Shown here in pieces: positions 11,660 to 22,059 of a stretch of 64,000 bases of DNA (position 1 is its first letter; every line of letters starts with the position of its first letter). Under the pieces are notes generated by a model. That model was not told the origin of the DNA. It ran no database searches and saw only the letters and a program-made list of their open reading frames with translations. This DNA comes from Azolla caroliniana (lineage: Eukaryota > Plantae > Polypodiophyta), in NCBI GenBank assembly GCA_043228905.1, contig JBHGNT010000007.1, positions 8,308,001 through 8,372,000 of the forward strand, read 5' to 3'. The position numbers were made by a program, and so were the translations under genes.

Positions 11660-14408
11660 TAGACTCTATGAAGAAAATGACACTGACAATTTGTTTGGAT
11701 TTCACATTATTAATACAAATTTTGGGTTTTACTTGGTGGATTCTATTCTTTATAATCTTCTATATGTTTCAATTTTATTTTCATATACTTGGTTAGTAGA
11801 CTTATGACATTGGTTTCACCGCGTGCATAGTTGACTACCAAATTTATGGAGAAACATGAATTAGTTTAAATTGAGGCTGATTTTGGTCCAAGCTAACCTT
11901 AACATAACATGGTCGTACAATTGTTGCCATGACTGTCCATGTTGTTATTATGGATCTTTGTCTTCTATTGTTAAAACTATTATGTTTCTATTCCATTGTT
12001 GCTTAGATTGTGTAGTGTGTTGATAATGGTTCCACTAGCGTTATCCGCATGTTTTTATACGCTTGTAGTTCCACTTGCGTTATCGTTCGGAGTTTGATCC
12101 TGTGTGAATGACCTAAGCAATAGAGTAGATCAATTTTAAATATAGGTATGAAAGCCTTAATAGGTTTGTTATTTCCACCACATTATCCTAAAGTTCACTG
12201 TCTTACATTGTCCACTATTATATACATATGGTTTGATCCCATACAAACAAATTGAGGAATAGATTAGATCAACTTTAAATACAAGTATTGAATACTTTAA
12301 TCAGTTAGTTATTCCAATCACATTATCCTAAAGTGCATTATCTTACATTGTCCACAATTATATACATGCACATATGGGTCAAAGTATAAATTATAACTCA
12401 TTTTATTAGTATGGATACAAGTACACCTCATATTTTTGTAAAACTTACCAAATTAATATAAGTCTTTAACTTAGTGTTTCCCTTGTCGCACATTAGTGAC
12501 ATGTTGAGACATTTTTTAATTTTATTATGCCTACATTAACTTATCAACACATCCAAACTTGCATGATTTCTAATGATCTCCACTCTTAGACCTATCATGT
12601 ATTTTTATATTTGCAAATTCTAATCAAGTTGTGGAACATGTGATACTAGTGCATCCAATTTTTGTAGAGAGGGTATATTTGGATAGTTTCAAGAAGATTC
12701 TACAAGTGGAATGCGTAATCCTTCCCCTTGTGAACGCGAATGTGTTAACGCCCAAATCCTTCAAAATCCACTTGAGCCATAAGGCTTCACATGCAGCTAT
12801 GGTTGCGCCCCTGTATTCGGCCTCCGTACTCGAAAGTGTGATGGTAGGCTGCTTCTTACTACTCCAAGATATTGCTTCGTTCTTGAGCGAGAAGACAAAT
12901 ACGGAGGTCGATCGTGGATCAACTCTGTAGCCGCCCCAATCGGCATCCATGTACCCTTCGAGTCGAATTGGTGTGGCCGATGCGTAGAGGATGTCGTAAT
13001 CCATTGTGCCGCTCACGTATCGTAATACTCGCTTAGCGCAATCGAAATGGATATCTCGTAGAGTTCGCATGAGTTGGCTAAGAAGGCCGACCAGATAGTT
13101 GAGGTCGGGTCGAGTGATCGTCAAATAGATGAGGCTCCAGATCAATTGTCGATATTGAGTCGGCTCACACTCGTCTGTGCCAGAGTCGGCATCTAGTTTG
13201 AGGTTTTGATTGAGAGGGGTTGTCACAGATTTGCACTCTGTCATCCCGAACTTGTATAATAAGTTGAGAATGTAGTGTCATTGAGAGATCATAATGCCGG
13301 TCCGAATTCGAATTACTTCAATGCCTAGGAAGTAATGAAGCTCCTTCATGTCCATCATCTCGAATTTGTTGGAGAGGAGGGATTTCACCTTGTTGATGTC
13401 GACTAAACTTTCTCCTCCAATGACCAAATCATCCACGTATAGGATGATGACAATCGAGCTTCTAGAATCGTTTCGTACTTAGAGGGAGTTGTCGGATTTC
13501 GACATTCGAAAGCCGATTTGATGAAGATGTTGCATAATCTTTGAATGCCAAACACGTGGTGCTTCCTTGAGGCCGTAGAGAGGCTTCTTGAGTTTGCATA
13601 CGGCTTTCGGATGAATGTTGGATTCGAAGCCGAGTGGTTGTACCAGGTACACCTCCTCTTCTAATTCTCCTTGAAGAAAGGCGTTCTTGACATCCATTTG
13701 GTGGAGGTGCCACCCTTTCGCCGTTGCTAACGAGATCACGGTCCGCACAGTAGTCATCTTTGCCAATGGGCCAAATGTCTCTTCGTAGTCAACTCCATGC
13801 GTTTGTGCATATCCTTTTGCTACGAGTCGACCTTTGTAGCGGTTTACAGAGCCATCGGCGTTATACTTCACCTTGTAGATCCATCTACAGCCGATCGCCT
13901 TCTTGTGCGGTGAGTCAGGAACGAGATCCCATGTTTCGTTCATGCAAAGTGCCCGCATCTCCTCGTTCATTGCTTTGACCCATCGTGGGTCCTTCACAGC
14001 TTCGGAAAAGGTTTCCGGCTCCCATATTGTTGCTACCTTCATCATAAAGGCGTAATGCTACGCCATATAATCGTTGTAGCCGAATCGGCTTACAACGTTC
14101 TTTTCATGGATGGATCGGCGGAGCTTCTCGTTTGTGGATACTAAAGCTTTCTCCGCTCCATTTGTCTAGATGTCAAGACCTTCGAACTCACTAGTGAGGG
14201 AGTGAAACGATTCATTGTCGTCGAAGTGATCGTCTTCATACTCCGGCATTTCCGCCTTCCCTTTCTCCAACTTCGGACTCGGCCGAGATGTGCTTTGATC
14301 GCTCGGAGGCTCTTGTGGCCCACTAAGCCTTGTCTTAATCGGGCTTTCTTTGAACATGCGCATAAGCCGATCTTCAGCTTCTTTCTCTATTTCGGCGTAT
14401 TCCGGGTC

Positions 14409-15607
14409 AGTTCTTTTGATCATCCTCAGTCAGATGGGCAGACTGAGAGAGTGAATCATATATTAGAGGATATGTTGAGAGCATATGTAGCGCAAAAACC
14501 CTCATTATGGGAGACTTACCTTCCTATGGTGGAATTTTCCTACAACAACGCTAAGCATACATCAACAAAATATAGTCCGTTCATGTTTATGTATGGTTAT
14601 ACACCACGTCCTCCTATTGATGTTTCATTTGATTCACATAATTTGGATACTACAAAGGATTTTCTCTCTAATATGCTTGAAGCACGTATATTGGCTAAAG
14701 AAACCTTACGATGGCACGGGACAAAAATGTCTTTTATGCGAATCATGATAGAAAACCAAGGGAATTCCACGTAGGACAAGAAGTTTTTCTACGGGTTCCT
14801 AAGGACTCGCGAACATTGAGAACAGGACCATGTGCCAAATTAGCCCCACGGTATTGTGGACCATATAAAGATTTAAAACAGATAGATCCCAATGCTTATC
14901 GTTTGGATTTGCCTTCGAACGTTATGGTTCATCCCGTATTCCACGTGAGTCGATTAAAGGAGGCAATTGGTTATTATGATAATGTTGTATCACCGTCTAA
15001 TTTATCGACATTGGAGGATGATCATTTTTCTCCACATGAACCTGAGCAAATTCTCAATCATAGTTCTAGAAACCGAAGAGTTGTTCATCGCTATAAGGTT
15101 AAATGGAAGGATAGATTCGAATAAGACAGCACATGGGAAACTGAAGAGACATTACACAAACATTTTCCTAACTTCCCATTGCAAGAGTGCAATTAAACGG
15201 ACGGGGGGAATATATAATGTTCATTGGTTTAGACATTCTTATTAGGGGGCTATCATTCTATAATATCTGAGTCGTCGGCTTTATTGGACTAACCTAATGT
15301 GTGTCAGAGGGTCCCCCGCACATGATTGGTCAGGTAAATGTCATTACATGGCCTAGGTCCTATAAATAGGGCATACTCTCCATAGTCAAGGGGGTGCCCA
15401 TGAGCAGTTCTGACGAAGCTCTCTTTAATGTGGACAAATCATCTACCAAGGCCATGATGTGGAGATCTTGGCCGGCATGGGACAAATCGGGATTCCTCAT
15501 CTGCGTTGTCGACTCTGGCGTGGGGGCAGATGGGTGGTAACGCGTATTTTCAGTATGATTGTGTCATTTATGTCTTTATTTTAGGATTAATGATATTGGT
15601 TATTACA
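14409..15607 (+). mobile_element. 3' fragment of a Ty3/gypsy chromovirus (integrase, chromodomain, PPT, 3' LTR)
   Basis: HPQSDGQTERVN, KLAPRYCGPY, HPVFHVSRLK, YKVKWK; PPT ACGGGGGGAA ~15201; LTR ~15213-15607. Confidence 0.85.
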
Positions 15608-16526
15608 TTTACACCAATAATGTGGATGGGGTCAATTTCATTGTGAAAGAACTTGTTTCCGTTTTTGTCATAATTGAATCAAGCGCATTATTTGGCCAAG
15701 TGGTTAAGGTGTGTGCCTGCTAAGTAGTTTAATATCCCCTAGAATAGTTTAATAATATCCAACTTTCTATTTTCTTCTTTATGAATGCTTAATTGGATCT
15801 CCGAAAACATTGCGGAAATTAGGAAGCTTGTGCCTGCTAAGTACATGGGGTTTGCCCACGACAGTTCAAATCTCTTAGGTAACAACTTCATGCAAGTCTA
15901 TGTTGCAGTACTTCCAAAGAACTGATTCCTTTCAACTATTGTTAAAACCATTGCAATTGCAAAAAGTGTTAAATGGCTAAATGCCTTAGAGTGAAAACAC
16001 TTTCATGGTAATTTTGTTTTAAAAATTCTTATAAAGTCAACTAATTCGTCTCTACTTTTTATTTCTTTTCAGAAATTTGACTTTCAATGTTTCCCGATGA
16101 GAGTTTGTATCCCTCATGTGACGACTTCATCCATGATAGAACTTGTGTGTAACGATTTTATAAAAGTTCTATTTCAAAATCTTGTAGAAACTCTACCCAC
16201 GAGTGTTAATTTGAATTTTTTTCACGAATATCCCCTAGAATAGTTTAATAATATCCAACATTCTATTTTCTTTATCGAATCGGTTTGTAAATATAATTCC
16301 ACAAGCATGATGATGCTTCAATGAGTTACTTCACCCTATTCGTGAGGTCGTATATCTTGTACTGACATGGGGAATTCCTTTGGTAGGGTTCAATTGGGGT
16401 CACTCCTCCTGGCAAGTTTTGACAATTGTGGTGGTTATACCAACAATGTGGATGGGATCTTTTTAATTGCAGAAAAACTTGTTTCCATACTTGTCATAAT
16501 TGAATCAAGTGCAATTTCTTTTATGA

Positions 16527-16608
16527 GTCACTTTGGCCAAGTGGTTAAGGCGTGTGCTTGCTAAGTACATGGGGTTTCCCCACGAGTTTTTAAATCTCTC
16601 AGGTGACG
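16527..16608 (+). pseudogene. tRNA-Ser(GCT) degenerate copy
   Basis: T-arm/B-box mutated. Confidence 0.75.
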
Positions 16609-16909
16609 ACTTCATGCAAGTCTTTGGTGATTGCTTTCTGGTATTGTTAAAGCCATTTCAATTGCAAAAGTGTTAAATGGCTATGAAATGTTTGTATATA
16701 ACATTATTGTCAAAATAACTTTGCTTGAGTGGTTAGATAAATACATGTGATGTCTCCACGAGAGTTTGAATCCCTCATGTGATGACTTCATGTAAGATAA
16801 TACTTCTTTGTGTGAAAACAACTTTATAATAGTTCTATTTCGAAAGATTGTATGGAAGAACTTGTTCAATATTTGTCATAATTGAATCAAGTAAATGTTT
16901 TTTTCATAA

Positions 16910-16991
16910 GTCACTTTGGTCGAGTGGTTAAGGCGTATGCCTGCTAAGTACATGCGGTTTCCCCACGACAGTGCGAATTTTTCAGATGACG
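16910..16991 (+). pseudogene. tRNA-Ser(GCT) degenerate copy
   Basis: Multiple stem mismatches. Confidence 0.75.
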
Positions 16992-17793
16992 ACTTAATTC
17001 AAGTCTGTGGTGCAATACTTCCAAAGAACTAATTGCTTTCTACTATTTTTAAAGCCATTTCAATTGCAAAAGTGTTAAACATCTATGAAATGTTTAGATA
17101 TAAAATTGTTGACAAAATAACTTTGCTTGAGTGGCTAGATAAGTACATTCGATTTCCCCACGATAATTTTAATCCCTCATGGGACGACTTCATCCAAGAT
17201 AATACTTCTTTCTGTGAAAACGATTTTATAAAAGTTCTATTTCGAAAGCTTGTAGAAACTCTACAAAGGAGTGTTACTTTGCTTTTTTTCACGAATATCC
17301 ACTAGAATAGTTTAATAATATTCAAAATTATATTTTCTTCTTTATGAATGCTTAATTGGATCTCCACAAACATTGCGGAAATGAGGAAGATTGTAGTTCA
17401 TTTCGTTCCATTGCCTCTCATTTAAATTCGGTGTCATCCATTATGTAACAATAAATGAAATAAGGTAATAGGGTCATGGAATCGGTTTCTAAATATAATT
17501 CAACAAGCATGATGATGCTCCAATGAGTTACTTCGCCCTATTGTTGAAGCCGTATACCTCGTAACAACATAGGGAATTCCTTTAGTAGGGTTCAGTTGGG
17601 GTCACTTCTCTTCGCTAGTTTTGACAATTACGATGGTTACACCAACAATGTGGATCGGGTCTTTTCATTGAGGAAGAACTTCTTTCTGTACTTGTCATAA
17701 TTGAGTCAATCTCCTAGGGGCTGATTCACCAGGCAACATCATTGGAAGTACCTCTCGTCGATGAGGTACTAGCACTACTCCATATTTTTATGA

Positions 17794-17875
17794 GTCACTT
17801 TGGCCGAGTGGTTAAGGCGTGTGCCTGCTAAGTACATGGGGTTTCTCCACGACAGTTCAAATCCCTCAGGTGACG
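17794..17875 (+). pseudogene. tRNA-Ser(GCT) near-intact copy
   Basis: 5' half perfect; T-stem mismatches. Confidence 0.75.
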
Positions 17876-18887
17876 ACTTCATGCAAGTCTATGTTGTAGT
17901 ACTTCCAAAGAACTGATTGTTGTCTACTATTGTTAAAACATTTCAATTGCAAATGTGTTAAATGGCTAAATGCTTTGTAATGAAAACAAAAAGTTCGGAT
18001 AAAGTCTACTAATCTGTCTCTGCTTTTATTTTGTTTTCAAAAGTTTCAACTTCAATCTTTGAAATACACTACCACATTCTATTTTGTTTTGTATCAATGC
18101 TTAATCAAATTTCTAAGGTGAGGACTTCACGCAAGTTTGTGTTGTAGTACTTCCAAAGAACTAATTGCTTTCTACTATTGTTGAAGCTATTTCGATTGCA
18201 AAACTGTTAAATGGCTAAATGCCTTGGAGTGAAAACACTTTCATGGTAGTTTTTTTTTTAAAGTTCGAATAAAGTCTACTTTCAATGTATCCAAATTGCT
18301 GCAACATTCTCTTTTGTTTTGTATCAATGCATAATCTTATCTACGAAAGCATTAGCGAATCGAGGAACCTTTCAATTCCTTTCGTTGGATTGCATGTTAT
18401 TTAAATTAGGTCGCATCCATTATGTAACTACAATACGTGATTGGAATGGAGTCGCAAATTTGTGTGTAAATATAATTCCACAACCATGATGATGATACAA
18501 TGAGTTACTTCACCCTATTGGTGTAGTCGTATATCTCATAACAACATGCAGAATTCCTTTAGTAGGGTTCAATTGGCGTCATTCCTCGCTAGTTTTGACA
18601 ATTGTGATGGTTACACCAACAATATGGATGGGGTCTATTTCATTGCGGAAGAACTTGTTTCCGTACTTGTTATAATTGAATGAAGGCCATGGTTTTTTGG
18701 CTAATTGGTTAAGGCGTGTGTTTGCGAAGTACATGGGGTTTCCCCACAAAAGTTCGAATCTATCAGGTGACGCTTTCATGGAAGTTTGTGGTGTAGTACT
18801 TCCACAATGTGGATAGGGGCTATTTCATTGCGGAAGAACTTGTTTCTGTACTTGTCATAATTGAATCAACTGCATGTGTTTTCATGA

Positions 18888-18969
18888 GTCACTTTGGCCG
18901 AGTGGTTAAGGCGTGTGCCTGCTAAGTACATGGGGTTTCCCCACGAGAGTTCAAATCTCTCAGGTGACG
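18888..18969 (+). tRNA. tRNA-Ser(GCT), structurally intact
   Basis: Acceptor GTCACTT/AGGTGAC, anticodon arm TGTGC-CTGCTAA-GTACA, variable arm TGGGG-TTT-CCCCA, T-arm GAGAG-TTCAAAT-CTCTC, G discriminator; no immediate T4 terminator. Confidence 0.8.
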
Positions 18970-21218
18970 ACTTTAGGGAAGTTTGTGGTGCAGTACTTCC
19001 AAAGAATTGATTACTTTCAACTATTGTTGAAGCCATTTCAATTGCAAAAGTGTTAAATGGAAAACACTTTCATGATATTTTTGTTTTAAAAGTTCGTATA
19101 AAGTCTACTAATTCATTTCTACTTTTTATTTGTTTTCAGAAGTGACACTTTCAATGTTTCCCCAATAAGAGTTTGAATCCCTCATGTGACGACTTCATTC
19201 AAGATAATACTTCTTTGTGTGAAAACGATTTTATAAAAGTTCTATTTCGAAAGCTTGTTGAAACTCTACCCACGAGTGTTAGTTTGATTTTGTTTAACGA
19301 ATATCCCCTAGAATATCCCATGAGTGTCATGTGGATGGGGTCTATTTCATTGCGGAAGAACTTGTTTCTTTACTTGTCATAAATAAATCAAGCGCATGTT
19401 TTTTTCATCTGCCAATTTGGCTAAGTGGTTAAGGCGTGTGCCAATTTCCCCACGAGAGTTTGAATCTCTCAGGTGACGACTTCATCCAAGTCTATGTTGC
19501 AATACCTCCAAAGAACTAATTGCATTCTATCATTGTTAAAACCATTTCAATTGGAAATGTCTTAAATGGCTAAATGCCTTGTAATGAAAACACTTTCATG
19601 GTAGTTTTCTTTTAAAAGGTCGGATAAAGTCTACTAATTCGTCTCTAGTTTTATTTTTATTTTCAGAAGTGTCACTTTCAATGTTTCAAAAATACTACAA
19701 CATTCTCTTTTGTTTTGTATCAATGCTTAACCAAATCTCTCAGGTGACAACTTCACATAATTTTGTGTTGTAGTACTTCCAAAGAACTGATTGCTTTCTA
19801 CTATTGTTGAAGCCATTTCAATTGCAAAAGTGTTAAATGGCTAAATGCCTTGGACTGAAAACACTTTGATGGTAGTTTTTTTTTTAAAGTTCGGATAAAT
19901 TCTACTCATTCATCTCTACTTTTATTTTGTTTTCAAAAGTGTCACTTTCAATGTATCAAAAACACTATAACATTGTCTTTTCTTTTGTATCAATGCTTAA
20001 TCTTATCTACAAAAGCATTAGCAAAACGAGGAACCTTTCATTTCCTTTCGTTGAATTGCATGTTATTTAAATCAGATAGCATCCATTATGTAAGTACAAA
20101 TACGCGATAGGAATGAGTCGCAAATTTGCGCGTAAATATAATTCCACAACCATGATAATACTACAATGAGTTACTTCACCCTATTGGTGAAGTCGTATAT
20201 CTCATAACAACATGCAGAATTCCTTTAGTAGGGTTCGATTCGGGTCATTCATCCCTAGTTTTGACGATTGTGATGGTTACACCAACAATATGGATGGGGT
20301 CTATTTCATTGCGGAAGAATTTGTTTCCGTACTTGTTATAATTGAATCAAGTCCATGTTTTTTTGGCCAATTGGTTAAGGCGTGTGTTTGCGAAGTACAT
20401 GGGGTTTCCCCACAACAGTTTGAATTTATCAGGTGACGATTTCATGGAAGTTTGTGGTGTAGTACTTCTAAAGAATTGATTCCTTTCTACTATTGTTGAA
20501 GCCATTTCAATTGCAAAAGTGTAATATGGCTAAATGCCTTGGAGTGAAAACACTTTCATGGTAGTTTTGTTTTAGAAGTTCGTATAAAGTCTACTAATTC
20601 GTCTCTACTCTTCTTGTTTTTTCAAAAGTGTCACTTTCAATGTTTCCCATCGAGAGTTTGAATCCCTCATTGGACGACTTCATCCAAGATAATACTTCTT
20701 TGTGTGGAAATGATTTTATAAAACTTCTATTTCGAAAGCTTGTAGAAACTCTACCCACAAGTGTTAGTTTGATTTTTTTTCACGAATATCCCCTAGAATA
20801 GTTTAATAATATCCAACATTCTATTTTCTTCTTTATGAATGCTTAATTGGATCACCACAAACATTGCGGAAATGAGGAACATTGTAGTTCATTTCTTTCC
20901 ATTGCATCTCATTTAAATTTGGTGGGATCCATTATGTAAGGATAAATGAAAAAGTGTAATAGGCTCATTGAACCGGTTTGAAATATAATTCCACAACCAT
21001 GATGATGCTCCAATGAGTTACTTCAACCTATTGGTGAAGCCCTATATCTCGTAATGACATGGGGAATTCCATTAGTTGGGTTCAATTTAGGTCACTCTTC
21101 CTCGCTAGTTTTGACAATTGTGATGGTCACACCAACATTGTGGATGGGGTCTATTCTAGTGCAGAAGAACTTGTTTCCGTACTTGCCATAATTGAATCCA
21201 GCACATTTTTTTTCATGA

Positions 21219-21300
21219 GTCACTTTGGCTGAGTGGTTAACGCTTGTGCTTGTTAAGTACATGGGGTTTCTCCACGAGAGTTCGAATCTTTTAGGTGACA
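21219..21300 (+). pseudogene. tRNA-Ser degenerate copy
   Basis: Anticodon mutated to GTT; several mismatches. Confidence 0.7.
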
Positions 21301-22059
21301 ACTTCATGCAAATCTATGTTGCAATACTTCCAAAGAACTAATTGCTTTCTACTATTGTTAAAACTATTTCAATTGCAAATGTGTTATATGGCTAAATGCC
21401 TTGTAATGAAAACACTTTTATGGTAGTTTTATTTTAAAAGGTCGGATAAAGTCTACTAATTTGTCTCTACTTTTATTTTGTTTTCAGATGTGTCACTTTC
21501 AATGTTTCAAAAACACCACAACATTCTCTTTTGTTTTGTATCAATGCTTAATCAAATCTCTCAGGTCACGACTTCACGCAAGTTTGTGTTGTACTACTTC
21601 CAAAGAACTGATTGCTTTCTACTATTGTTGAAGCCATTTCAATTGGCAAAATGTTAAGTGGCTAAATGCCTTGGAGTGAAAACACTTTCATGATAGTTTT
21701 TGTTTTAAAGTTCGGATAAAGTCTACTAATTCATCTCTACTTTTATTTTGTTTTCAAAATTCTCACCTTGAATGTTTCAAAAAGACTACAACATTCTCTT
21801 TTCTTTTGTATCAATGGTTAATCTTATGTACGAAAGCCAGATTTTGATCTACACCCACATGACGATGCATATTCTCAGCAAATCACATTTTTTGTTGCGG
21901 CCCAATCAACTCCAAATGCTCGTAACCTACATTACATGCTGCATGATGATTCCTTGCTCAACGAAATCGCCCAAGACACCATGTCAGACCCATTCACGAT
22001 CGACATCCTGGCGCGCATCAATGATCCATCCTAGGGATCTCATGTGATTTCCCCACGAG

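Larger units (their letters stand above)
5512..12746. mobile_element. TIR DNA transposon, Sola-like, copy 1, carrying a methyltransferase gene
   Basis: TIR AACACATTCGCGTTCACAAG(T/G)GGAAG at both ends; 4-bp TSD AACG (5508-5511, 12747-12750); removing it restores the copia frame LKDLGVPIKD. Confidence 0.9.
4673..14408 (-). mobile_element. 5'-truncated Ty1/copia retrotransposon (family A), interrupted by a DNA transposon
   Basis: 3' LTR 4673-5101 is the reverse complement of LTR 36139-36575; RNase H end 5109-5507 (ARTKHIEMHYHFIRE, DIFTK); RT/RNase H 12751-14045 (HQMDVKNAFL, YVDD, SSTEAEY). Confidence 0.92.
15608..21835 (+). repeat. tRNA-Ser(GCT)-containing satellite, rearranged and degenerate
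   Basis: At least nine full or near-full tRNA copies plus 3' halves in homologous spacers. Confidence 0.92.

Noticed and set aside
16367-21307. Recurring 60-90 aa ORFs in the satellite
   Set aside because: They overlap tRNA sequence, differ in frame and stops between units, and show no recognisable motif
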